Part shown: positions 18,140 to 27,404 of the stretch, in pieces | Layout of the letters: every line of letters starts with the position of its first letter | How positions within the stretch are numbered: position 1 is the stretch's first letter | Assembly (NCBI GenBank): GCA_048617235.1 | Contig: JBMCHT010000003.1 | Span: 81,958-145,957, forward strand | Direction: 5' to 3' | DNA from: Patescibacteria group bacterium | GTDB taxonomy: Bacteria; Patescibacteriota; Minisyncoccia; Phycocordibacterales; XYD1-FULL-46-19 | Length of the DNA: 64,000 nt | Position numbers and translations under genes: made by a program | Notes under the pieces: generated by a model | Seen by the model: the letters and a program-made list of their open reading frames with translations, nothing else | Database searches by the model: none | Told to the model about the DNA's origin: nothing

Positions 18140-18880
18140 ATGACAGAGAAATTTTCATTACAACCAGAGAAGAAAACCCCTTCCAAGGTCTCTTCGGAAA
18201 ACCGTTTTCAATCAAATAAACCACCGGAAGAAAAAGTTAAACTACAAGAAGAAGATCAACCCCAACCTCTTCCACCAACTGAACTGATAGAAAGCAGAAG
18301 GAGGCAACAACCTCCAACCTTATCCAGAGAAGATTTTTTAACTTTTGACAAAAGACACTTTGATGCCGATAAGGCTAAATCCTTACCGGATTTGATAGAC
18401 ATGATCCGTCAAGTGGGCATTATTACCAATCAAAACGGAGTGGAAACTCCGGCTGAGGATATTATCAGCCTTATTTACGATAGATTATTAAACCCTCAAA
18501 CCGGAGACTGGACCAAAATTACCTTGAGGCACAATCTTAGAAAAAGAGTCTACGAGCTGGCTAAGGATTATCAAAAAACCAAAGAATATCAACAACTGGC
18601 CGGCTTAAATTTACATCCTAATCTTAATTACAAACAATTGGTTCAAGAAATTAAAAAACAGACTTTATTACCCACCAAAGCCGGTAATCTAGTTGATGCC
18701 AATCAAATTATTAAATGGATTAAAAATAAAGAATGGGATAATTTGCCGATTCCTTTGGTTTTTAAATTAGAGTCACTGGAAAGAAGAAAACTTCAGACCA
18801 AATTGGAAAAAGAAGTAAAAAATAAACAAAAAACAAACTTCTTTAAAAAAATATTTAAAAAATTCCGCCGTCATAAATAA
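18140..18880 (+). CDS. Hypothetical protein with two internal repeats
   Basis: 246-aa ORF directly upstream of pcrA. Confidence 0.7.
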   Translation: MTEKFSLQPEKKTPSKVSSENRFQSNKPPEEKVKLQEEDQPQPLPPTELIESRRRQQPPTLSREDFLTFDKRHFDADKAKSLPDLIDMIRQVGIITNQNGVETPAEDIISLIYDRLLNPQTGDWTKITLRHNLRKRVYELAKDYQKTKEYQQLAGLNLHPNLNYKQLVQEIKKQTLLPTKAGNLVDANQIIKWIKNKEWDNLPIPLVFKLESLERRKLQTKLEKEVKNKQKTNFFKKIFKKFRRHK

Positions 18881-18893
18881 AAATTGACCTAAA

Positions 18894-20849
18894 ATGACTA
18901 TAAACAAATCTCCGAATAGCCAGTTTTTAATTGACCTTAATCCCGAACAAAAAAAAGCCGTGCTTTGCCTATCGGGACCTTTATTGATTATCGCCGGTGC
19001 CGGTGCCGGTAAAACAAAAACTTTAACCTCTCGTATCGGTTATTTAATGGAATCGGGATTACCACCGGAAAATATTCTGGCGGTTACTTTTACCAATAAA
19101 GCAGCTCAAGAAATGAAGGAAAGAGTCGGATTAAAAACCAAGCACTCGTTTAAAACCGAACCACAGATAGGAACTTTCCACTCACTGGGTTTAAAGTTAT
19201 TAAAACAATATGGTCAAGTGATAGATTTGCCATCTTTTGCCATAATAGATCGTTATGACCAAACAAAAATAATTAAAGAAGTTTTTACTCAGGTCGGTTA
19301 CGACCCTAAACAAATAGAGCCCAAAAAAGCTTTAAATATTATCAGTCGCCAAAAAGGGGATAATAAAAGTTTCCAAGATTTAAACAATTTGGATATGAGC
19401 GATCGTTGGCGAACCATTTTAGAAAAAGTCTGGCCTCTTTATGATAAAAAACTAAAACAAAACCGTTTTTTAGATTTTGATGATTTGTTAATTAAACCTT
19501 TAAAATTGTTAAAGCAAAACTCCGATATCCTTAAAACTTGTCAGGAAAAATTCAAATATATTCATATAGACGAATACCAAGATACCAATACGATTCAATA
19601 TGAATTATCTAAAATTTTAACCGGGGACGAACAAAATATTTGTGTCGTCGGCGATCAAGATCAAGCTATTTACGGTTGGCGGGGAGCCGATGACCGTAAT
19701 ATTCTTAAATTCCGCCAAGATTTTCCTCAACATAAACTGATTATCTTAAATAGAAATTATCGATCCAGTGGAAATATTTTAGCGGCCGCCAATCAAGTGA
19801 TTGAAAAAAATCCGGAACGAGAGCCCAAAAACCTAATCACCGACAAAGAAGCCGGTTCTCCAATCAGATTATTGTCTGCTTTGGACGGTTCAACTGAAGC
19901 TGAAACCGTCGCCCAAGAAGTTAGTATTTTATTAAATCAAAACCATAAACCGGAAGAAATAGCCATTCTTTTCAGAACCAATTTTCAATCACGCTTACTG
20001 GAAGAGGCTTTTAATAAAAACAATATTCCTTATCAAGTGGTGGGAACCAAATTCTTTGATCGTAAAGAAATAAAAGATTTGACCGCTTTTGTTAGAGTAG
20101 CTTTTAATCAAACCGATCTAATCAGTTTAGCCAGAATCCTATCGGTTCCTAAAAAAAGAGGAATAGGAAAAATTACTTTCAATCATTGGGTTAATAATCA
20201 AACAGACAAATTATCAACCGGAGCTCAGACTAAAATTAAAAATTTTCAAATTCTCCTAAATGATTTAAAAGAAAAAATTTATCAAAAACCGGCCAGTGAA
20301 GCTTTACTTTATATTGTAAAACAAACCGGCTGGGAACAAGAATGTAAAAAACAAGGTGAAATCGGCTTAAGCGTTTTAGCCAACTTAAATGAATTTATCG
20401 GCCTGGCAGATGCTTATAATCATTTACCTCCACCGGAAGGACTCCAAACCATGATGTTGGAAAAAGCCCTGATGTCCGATCAGGATAATTTAAAAACCGA
20501 ACCGGCTTCAGGGGTGAAGTTAATGACGGTTCATGCCGCCAAAGGTTTAGAATTTAAAACGGTTTTTGTTGTCGGCCTGGAACAAGAATTATTTCCCTTG
20601 GTTTCTCCGTTTGACCAGTCTAAAAACATAAATGAAGAAAGGCGATTGTTTTATGTAGCTATGACCAGAGCCCGAGAAAATTTGATTTTATCTTATGCTC
20701 AAATCAGAAATGTTTTCGGCCAACAAAAAATAAACCAACCATCGGAATTTCTCCTGGATATAGAAGAAGACCTATTAGCTACCGACCAAGAAGTAAATTC
20801 CCATTCCGGTTATTTGGATGAATTTTTAACAGACATCAGATATGAATAA
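18894..20849 (+). CDS. pcrA: UvrD/PcrA superfamily 1 DNA helicase
   Basis: AGAGAGKT, TFTNKAA, DEYQDTN, GDQDQAIYGWRGA, NYRS, MTVHAAKGLEF, EERRLFYVAMTRA. Confidence 0.95.
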   Translation: MTINKSPNSQFLIDLNPEQKKAVLCLSGPLLIIAGAGAGKTKTLTSRIGYLMESGLPPENILAVTFTNKAAQEMKERVGLKTKHSFKTEPQIGTFHSLGLKLLKQYGQVIDLPSFAIIDRYDQTKIIKEVFTQVGYDPKQIEPKKALNIISRQKGDNKSFQDLNNLDMSDRWRTILEKVWPLYDKKLKQNRFLDFDDLLIKPLKLLKQNSDILKTCQEKFKYIHIDEYQDTNTIQYELSKILTGDEQNICVVGDQDQAIYGWRGADDRNILKFRQDFPQHKLIILNRNYRSSGNILAAANQVIEKNPEREPKNLITDKEAGSPIRLLSALDGSTEAETVAQEVSILLNQNHKPEEIAILFRTNFQSRLLEEAFNKNNIPYQVVGTKFFDRKEIKDLTAFVRVAFNQTDLISLARILSVPKKRGIGKITFNHWVNNQTDKLSTGAQTKIKNFQILLNDLKEKIYQKPASEALLYIVKQTGWEQECKKQGEIGLSVLANLNEFIGLADAYNHLPPPEGLQTMMLEKALMSDQDNLKTEPASGVKLMTVHAAKGLEFKTVFVVGLEQELFPLVSPFDQSKNINEERRLFYVAMTRARENLILSYAQIRNVFGQQKINQPSEFLLDIEEDLLATDQEVNSHSGYLDEFLTDIRYE

Positions 20850-21624
20850 AAGGGCACCCAAATGGGGACAAAACTTTTTAACTTGTACTTGGCCGATAGA
20901 TTTAATGATCAAAGCCGGTCAAATAAAAACAGGGGATAATGTGTTGGAAATTGGCTCAGGTAAAGGAATTTTAACAACCTCTTTGTTAAAAACCGGAGCT
21001 ATCGTTACCGCTATTGAGAAAGACTCTGAATTAGTAAAAATACTAAAAGAAAAATTTATCTCCGAATTAGAAAATAAAAAAATGTTTCTAATAGAAACAG
21101 ACATTCGAGATTGGTTAAAACAAAAAAAACTACCTCTTAATACTCCCTATAAAGTGGTAGCCAATATTCCTTATTACTTGACCGGCCATTTGTTAAAAAA
21201 TCTATTGACAGCCACCCCCCAACCTCAAACCATTATTTTATTAATTCAACAGGAAGTAGCTCAAAGAATCACTGAAACGAAAAAAAACAATATTTTAAAA
21301 TTAGCTATAGAAGCCTACGGTAAGCCAAAAATCATTAAAAAAGTTCCAGCCGGTTGTTTTCAGCCACCGCCAAAGGTAGATTCGGCAATTTTAGCCATAA
21401 CCGATATTAATCAATCTTTTTTTAAAGATTTTTCACCTGAATACTTTTTTTCTATTTTAAAACAAGGTTTTGGCTCTAAACGACAAATACTAAAAAAACA
21501 AATCGGCTTAACGGAAAAAGATTTAACTCAACTTGATCTACCACTTATGGTTAGAGCCGAAGACTTAGATTTGGAAAAATGGAAAAAATTAACTTTATAT
21601 GTTAAAAATAAAAATAATGATTAA
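20842..21624 (+). CDS. rsmA: 16S rRNA dimethyladenosine transferase
   Basis: GQNFL, VLEIGSGKG, VVANIPYYLT, FQPPPKVDS, RAEDL. Confidence 0.95.
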   Translation: MNKRAPKWGQNFLTCTWPIDLMIKAGQIKTGDNVLEIGSGKGILTTSLLKTGAIVTAIEKDSELVKILKEKFISELENKKMFLIETDIRDWLKQKKLPLNTPYKVVANIPYYLTGHLLKNLLTATPQPQTIILLIQQEVAQRITETKKNNILKLAIEAYGKPKIIKKVPAGCFQPPPKVDSAILAITDINQSFFKDFSPEYFFSILKQGFGSKRQILKKQIGLTEKDLTQLDLPLMVRAEDLDLEKWKKLTLYVKNKNND

Positions 21625-22128
21625 AGAAATATTTAAAATTTCAGCAGGGATTTTGATTTTAATTATCATTGCTTTGGTCGGTTTAACTTTTAAACATTTT
21701 CAACAAGAAAATAATCCAATTGAAAAAAATAAAAAAACAGAAACTGAACAAAACTTGTCTTTACCTATTTTTCATGAACCGCAAACCGGCCTAAATTTAT
21801 ACTTAGCCCAAGAACAAAAAGACCTGATTCGCGGTTTATCCGGCTTATCTGCACTACAAAATAATCACGGTTTATTAATGATCTATAAGCAAGAGGATTA
21901 TCATGGCATTTGGATGCCCGATATGAATTTTGCTATTGATGTTTTATGGTTAAATGAAGACGGAATAATTACTGATCGCCAAATAAATATGAAACCGGGA
22001 TCTTACCCTGAAGTTTTTACCCCACCGAACCGGCCAAGTTCGTTCTGGAAATCCCGGCCGGCTTAGCCGAACAATTAAAATTAGAACCAGGTGTCCAAAT
22101 ATCTTCCTTAAAAGATTTAATCAAATAG
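21617..22128 (+). pseudogene. DUF192 family protein with a 1-nt frameshift near 22020 (pseudogene or assembly indel)
   Basis: RGLSG, IWMPDMNFAIDVLWL in frame 1; the expected C-terminus TEPAKFVLEIPAGLAEQLKLEPG lies in the -1 frame and stops at 22128. Confidence 0.75.
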
Positions 22129-22132
22129 TGAT

Positions 22133-22501
22133 TTATCTTGAAGTCCCGACCATAAAAATCAAAGGGGCTTTGGTTTTACGATCACAATCACTACCTCTAA
22201 TACAAATAGAAAACCCTTCATGGGTGCCCAAAACTTGAGCTCCTTCTTTAATCTGACGATATTGATACAAAATACTGACCCCCGGCTGGTAAATAACCTC
22301 ATCCGGCAACCAAGAAGCAGCCGGTTTAAGAGTTAATAAAAAATTATTACTGCAACTGCAATATTTAAGCTCAGTTATTAGACCTCCGAAGGGTTTATTA
22401 CTTACTGCAAACACTAATCCGGTCCCTAAACCCAAAATAATAAATAATAAAAATAAAATTTTAAAAACATTCCGAGATAACATAAATATAATTTTAATCA
22501 A
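22133..22501 (-). CDS. Small secreted Cys-containing protein (PFGG...CxC motif)
   Basis: Signal peptide, PFGGLI...YCSCS, ends VGTS. Confidence 0.75.
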   Translation of the reverse strand: MIKIIFMLSRNVFKILFLLFIILGLGTGLVFAVSNKPFGGLITELKYCSCSNNFLLTLKPAASWLPDEVIYQPGVSILYQYRQIKEGAQVLGTHEGFSICIRGSDCDRKTKAPLIFMVGTSR

Positions 22502-23291
22502 TTATTAAATCAAACTCTAAAGCATTACTAAAGCCGGCGCTATTTTCCACATACACCCACATGGGGATTTTTTCCGGCCTATCTATACCCACTAAGTGTT
22601 TTTTATCTATCGATTCTATATCCGCCGCCCAGGGTAAATCAATTGGAAAAGATAAATAATCATCTGAGGTTTCCTGAGCCGGTAAACTAAAAAAAGTAGT
22701 GTGAACTATAACCGGCTCTGCTGTTAGATTTTTTCCATAAACCCTAACTTTGGTTCCCGGTGATCCGAAAGTTGGTTCCAAATTATTTAAAATAATTTTT
22801 TTTGAAACAGATGAAGAACTTTTAGTCTTTGTATTATCTGACAACTCTTTATTACTTTTACTCACCACTTCTTCTTCCAGCGGTTTAGGGGGAACAATCT
22901 CTATACTGTTACTCCGATTAACAACTTGCTGATCACCAAAAACCGTCTTCAATCTATTCCAAGTTAATATATCTACCATCCCTGTCGGATTGAACAAACC
23001 TTGAGGTTTTAAAATATAAGTTGCTTGTTGTCTTTGAAAACGCCGTACCGCCGCTTCTGTTAGAGGGCCATAGTAATTTGTTTCCTGACCGGAAGAACCC
23101 GGGCCAGAGACTGCTAAGCGAGTTACCGAATCCTGATTCAACCACTGTTGTAATTGTTTAACCGAAGTATTTTTATCTCCAAGAGATAAAAAAACATCTG
23201 AAAAAGCATAAGTTAAACCGATTTTTCCTCCCCCCAAGACAATTACTGTCGTCAAGATTATTAAAATTAAAAAAGAAGATAACTTTTTCAT
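22494..23291 (-). CDS. Secreted peptidoglycan-binding domain protein with IPT/TIG-like C-domain
   Basis: LSLGD...VKQLQQWLN...GPGSSGQETNYYGPLTEAAVRRFQ...TG.V (PG_binding_1); P..GSPGTKVRVYGKNL...SNAL. Confidence 0.85.
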   Translation of the reverse strand: MKKLSSFLILIILTTVIVLGGGKIGLTYAFSDVFLSLGDKNTSVKQLQQWLNQDSVTRLAVSGPGSSGQETNYYGPLTEAAVRRFQRQQATYILKPQGLFNPTGMVDILTWNRLKTVFGDQQVVNRSNSIEIVPPKPLEEEVVSKSNKELSDNTKTKSSSSVSKKIILNNLEPTFGSPGTKVRVYGKNLTAEPVIVHTTFFSLPAQETSDDYLSFPIDLPWAADIESIDKKHLVGIDRPEKIPMWVYVENSAGFSNALEFDLIID

Positions 23292-23353
23292 TACTGATAT
23301 GATAAAATAAACCTTAAGAAAAAGAAAGTTTTAAAGTTTTACTGAAAATTATT

Positions 23354-24082
23354 ATGATCACTTCTGCCAATAAAAAGATTTTAACAATTATAATTATTGT
23401 AATAATAATTTCCTTTGTCATTTTCTTGTGGTGGTTGGGGGGACGCAATATTGAAACAAAAAACAACCTCTCCGAACCAAACAACCTCAATTTCAGTGAG
23501 ACAGAAATAGAAAAAGCCCAAGAAAGAGAAAAAACTTTATCTTCTTTACTTGAAAATAAAAATAAAGAAAATTTACCAAGCACATCTTTTCCCACTAAAT
23601 CTTTTACAGAAAAAGATTTAAAACAAACTCAAACAAACAGCCAAGATTTTTACCAAGAATATGCCAAAAAAATGACTGAAACAATTTCTCCTTTATCAGA
23701 TTTTGATACTCCTCCGGCTGAAATAATAATAAATGCCATAGAACGAAATGATTTTTCACAAATTGTTTATTTGGAGAAGAGGTTAAAAGTAAATATTGAT
23801 ATGATAAACAATTTACTGGAAATCACTGTTCCGAATGAAGCAATTAAACATCATTTATCTTTAATTAATTCTCTGGTCTATCTTAACCAACCTTTATTTA
23901 ATATGTCTCAAATTGAATCCGATATTGCCAAAGCTTTAACCGGAGCGGAAAGATATCAAAAAGAAATTTTAAAAACTTTTAAAATTATTAATAAATTTAA
24001 TCAATTTTTTAACGATAAAGGAATAACTATAGACAATAATGTGGATAAGCAAACCGAAAGTAATTGGCAAGAGACTAATTAA
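23354..24082 (+). CDS. Hypothetical membrane-anchored protein
   Basis: N-terminal TM followed by a helical domain. Confidence 0.75.
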   Translation: MITSANKKILTIIIIVIIISFVIFLWWLGGRNIETKNNLSEPNNLNFSETEIEKAQEREKTLSSLLENKNKENLPSTSFPTKSFTEKDLKQTQTNSQDFYQEYAKKMTETISPLSDFDTPPAEIIINAIERNDFSQIVYLEKRLKVNIDMINNLLEITVPNEAIKHHLSLINSLVYLNQPLFNMSQIESDIAKALTGAERYQKEILKTFKIINKFNQFFNDKGITIDNNVDKQTESNWQETN

Positions 24083-24114
24083 GTATTAAAATAGATCAAA
24101 GAAGCAATAATTAA

Positions 24115-27100
24115 ATGAAAAATAAATTTTCTCAAACAATTATCTTTTCACTGATAATACTGGTGATTTTAATTCCCTTGCTGGGTTTTGGTTTAAAAAA
24201 ATTATCTGCTTTCCAAACTCAAGCTATACCGGAGCCCGGTTTTGGTGCTGGTTACGATTACCAAACCGAGGTAGACAATCCCAGAGCAGATGACATCAGC
24301 CAACAAGCAGCCGAAGAAGCCAGAGCTCTCCAAGAAAGAACAGAAAACAATGCCTCAGCCTCTCAAGCGGCTGCCAGCAGACTAGCTGAATTGCAACAAC
24401 AAGACCTAGAACAATGTACCGCCGAAGTAACCGGACAAACTCCTCCTCAAGGACCAATGGCAGATACAGTAAATGATTCAGTAGAAGGGGCAATTAATAA
24501 TCATGTGCAAGAAAATTTTCAAGATACTTTTACAGAAGAAATGGATGATACCTTACCCCAAGAAACCCAAAACTTAGTTGAAGAATCTTTTCCTCAAGAG
24601 CTAGATAATGCCACTCAAGAAATACTTCAAGATAACCCCCAAATAGAATTATTAGATGCAGATGATCCGGCTTCAGTTATTGAAAACGGATCTTTGGATT
24701 TTAATCGAGCAGAATTAGATGAAGCCGCAGACGCATATCAAAATTATTTTGGTGACAATTGGCGTGAAGATATTCTAGATGAGGAAAATAGAGCGTCTTT
24801 TACTGAAAATCTATTCGAAGAAACCGTTCAAAGTGTCACTCCAGAAGTTTTTGAACAAGTTTTAACCGATAATTTACCTCAAGTCCTAGAAAACACCATG
24901 GAATCAGCTTTTTCCGAAACCACAGAATCTATTTTTAACCCCGATCAACTAAAAGAAGTATTTACAGATAGAAACTTTCAAAATAACTTAGAGGGAGGAC
25001 TATCTACTGTCGCCTCTGATACCGTCAATGGAGCATTAAGTGGTTTAGAAAACTTAAATGAAAGCGATTTGAGAGAAACCTTGGGTTTACCTGAAAGACC
25101 TCGCGCTGTTAGACCCGTGTCTCAATATGATGAAGATGGTTATTTTACAGGTTATACATATGAAACAGGAGGCTACGAACCCGGCACCAATCTTAATTTA
25201 GACGATATAAGAGAGGTGACAACTCAAAGCATGGAAGATAATATTTCCCAAAATATAACCGACAATTTACTTAAGGATGAAAATTTGACCAATCTATCAA
25301 CCAATATGATGGAATCAATGAATCTAAACAGTGATCAAATAGTAGGTGAAATGCTAGACGGTTTAAGTATGGATGGTTTAACTGAAAACTTAAATTTAGA
25401 CAGTTTAACTGAAAACTTAGATTTAGACAGTTTAAATTTTGATCAGGCTTTTGGTGATATATTAAACGATTTTGATATTGATAGTGTGTTAGACGGTTTT
25501 GATATTGATAATATATTAGGCGATTTTGGTGGCATAGGTGATATTGTTGGTGATTTTTCCAACCAAATAACCGACATGGCCGGAGATGTTTTTGGCGACA
25601 TAACCGGAGACATGATGGGTGATCTTAATGATCTTGGTATTGGCTTAGATTTAGACAGCCTCCCCGGACCTTTAAATGATATAGCCGGTGATATAACCGG
25701 GGGTTTAGATGGGTCTTTACCCGGTGCCGGAGGTTTTGGTGGCGGTGGTAATTATGTACCGGTTAAAGAAGTTGACGGTCCTTTACTGTCCACTACTCAA
25801 GAAATAGATGCCACCACCAAAAGAATGGAACAATTATTAATTCAAATTTGTACTTACCAAAAATCCATCCAAAGAATCCAAACCGCCTTTGAACAAAAAG
25901 AATTTATGGAAGATGTTCAACTTCGTCAATCGGCCAGTGATGAGGTGGAGCGTTATCGTCAGGAAGTTTTTGATCTAACTAATCGCGGTTATGACCCTGA
26001 TGGTCAAGGAGCCGAACAACCGCTATATGTCACCAACTTGGATTCTCACCTCCAGCAAGTTAAAAACGAAACCCGCTCTGTTTATTTAAATCATTTTGGC
26101 CACACTGAAAATGCTTTTGCCGAACAAGTAACAAATGCCATAATGAACAACCCTGATGTCCCGGCTTTACCGGAATCCACCATTACCGTAGATGAATATG
26201 AACGCTTCTTTACCGGTCAAATCGCCGATGCTGAAGAATATCGCCGTATTGCTAGAGAAGTTTATAATCCCTACTTACCCAACACCCCGCAAAGAGCGGT
26301 AGATATGCATTCGGCTTTATATCGTCAAAACTTACAAGAAAAACAAGATCAAGCTGAATTGGAATTTAATACCGGTCAAGGTTATTTGCCTGTCAGAGAA
26401 TGTATTGAACACACCGATGATGGTAGTGCTTGTCTCCACTGGGAAACCATAACTCCGGCCTCTCAAATAGGCGAGCAAATAGCCGATGTTTTGAGTTATC
26501 GCCAAGAAGTTTACACTAATCCTCAAGCCGGAGATATTGTTCCCGGCTCTTCTCCGTCTGAAGCAGAACTTAGAAACTTCAGACCTTCGGCTTCCGGAGG
26601 TAGTAGCAGTGGTAGTAGTGGTGGTAGCAATTCAGCTTCTATGCCGGGATCTTCTATGCCGGGATCTTTTGATATTAATCAAGTGGTTGATATGTTATCT
26701 CAATTTATGTCCGGATTGGAAGGATCAGACCCTGATAGTAGCCCCTCAACCGCCTCCTTAGCTATGGCTAAAGAAATAATAGATGATCAAAATCAAGCGG
26801 TCATCTCTTGGTCCGGAGAAGATGTCAACAGTTGTCAAACAGATAATAATTGGATATCCGGTAATCAATTTACAATGACCGGTTCCGGTGGTATGCAAAG
26901 TTTCTTTGATCATTTTATTATAACCAAAGATGAAGGAGAGGGATTGCCTAATGCCGGTCAGAGTACTATTGACCTGCCTGTATCTTTGGATGTTCGGTTT
27001 GAAGTTATAAGAGCTTCCGGCTCTAATGCCGGAGAAAGGAGAACAATTACCGGGGGAGTAACAACCGATATAATAGATGATATTTATCAAGAAGTAACTT

Positions 27101-27396
27101 TGAATATACCGAGTGTAAATGCCGGGGATGAATTCATTATTTCTTTATTCCCGCATGTTACTAATTATCAAATAAACATAACAGCTTCTAACGGTAATGC
27201 TTCAGATTTGATAAATGAAATAAGAACTGAAATAGATGATATTATAAATAATGAAACTGGAATTTTAAAGAAGAATTTAAGCTTGTTGAATATTGAATAT
27301 AAAACAAATTCAGTAACTCTTTCTCCTAAATTAAAATATGATATAAAATGTCTAGATAATAGCGGTTCAACTATTCAAGATGGTCTAACTTTATAA
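24115..27396 (+). CDS. Large acidic secreted protein of the T4SS-like cluster (VirB5-like by inference)
   Basis: Signal peptide; VPVKE, PLYVTNL, GQGYLPVREC...CLHWETITPAS motifs; D/G/L-rich low-complexity centre; first large gene of the operon. Confidence 0.65.
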   Translation: MKNKFSQTIIFSLIILVILIPLLGFGLKKLSAFQTQAIPEPGFGAGYDYQTEVDNPRADDISQQAAEEARALQERTENNASASQAAASRLAELQQQDLEQCTAEVTGQTPPQGPMADTVNDSVEGAINNHVQENFQDTFTEEMDDTLPQETQNLVEESFPQELDNATQEILQDNPQIELLDADDPASVIENGSLDFNRAELDEAADAYQNYFGDNWREDILDEENRASFTENLFEETVQSVTPEVFEQVLTDNLPQVLENTMESAFSETTESIFNPDQLKEVFTDRNFQNNLEGGLSTVASDTVNGALSGLENLNESDLRETLGLPERPRAVRPVSQYDEDGYFTGYTYETGGYEPGTNLNLDDIREVTTQSMEDNISQNITDNLLKDENLTNLSTNMMESMNLNSDQIVGEMLDGLSMDGLTENLNLDSLTENLDLDSLNFDQAFGDILNDFDIDSVLDGFDIDNILGDFGGIGDIVGDFSNQITDMAGDVFGDITGDMMGDLNDLGIGLDLDSLPGPLNDIAGDITGGLDGSLPGAGGFGGGGNYVPVKEVDGPLLSTTQEIDATTKRMEQLLIQICTYQKSIQRIQTAFEQKEFMEDVQLRQSASDEVERYRQEVFDLTNRGYDPDGQGAEQPLYVTNLDSHLQQVKNETRSVYLNHFGHTENAFAEQVTNAIMNNPDVPALPESTITVDEYERFFTGQIADAEEYRRIAREVYNPYLPNTPQRAVDMHSALYRQNLQEKQDQAELEFNTGQGYLPVRECIEHTDDGSACLHWETITPASQIGEQIADVLSYRQEVYTNPQAGDIVPGSSPSEAELRNFRPSASGGSSSGSSGGSNSASMPGSSMPGSFDINQVVDMLSQFMSGLEGSDPDSSPSTASLAMAKEIIDDQNQAVISWSGEDVNSCQTDNNWISGNQFTMTGSGGMQSFFDHFIITKDEGEGLPNAGQSTIDLPVSLDVRFEVIRASGSNAGERRTITGGVTTDIIDDIYQEVTLNIPSVNAGDEFIISLFPHVTNYQINITASNGNASDLINEIRTEIDDIINNETGILKKNLSLLNIEYKTNSVTLSPKLKYDIKCLDNSGSTIQDGLTL

Positions 27397-27404
27397 AAAC
27401 ACTC

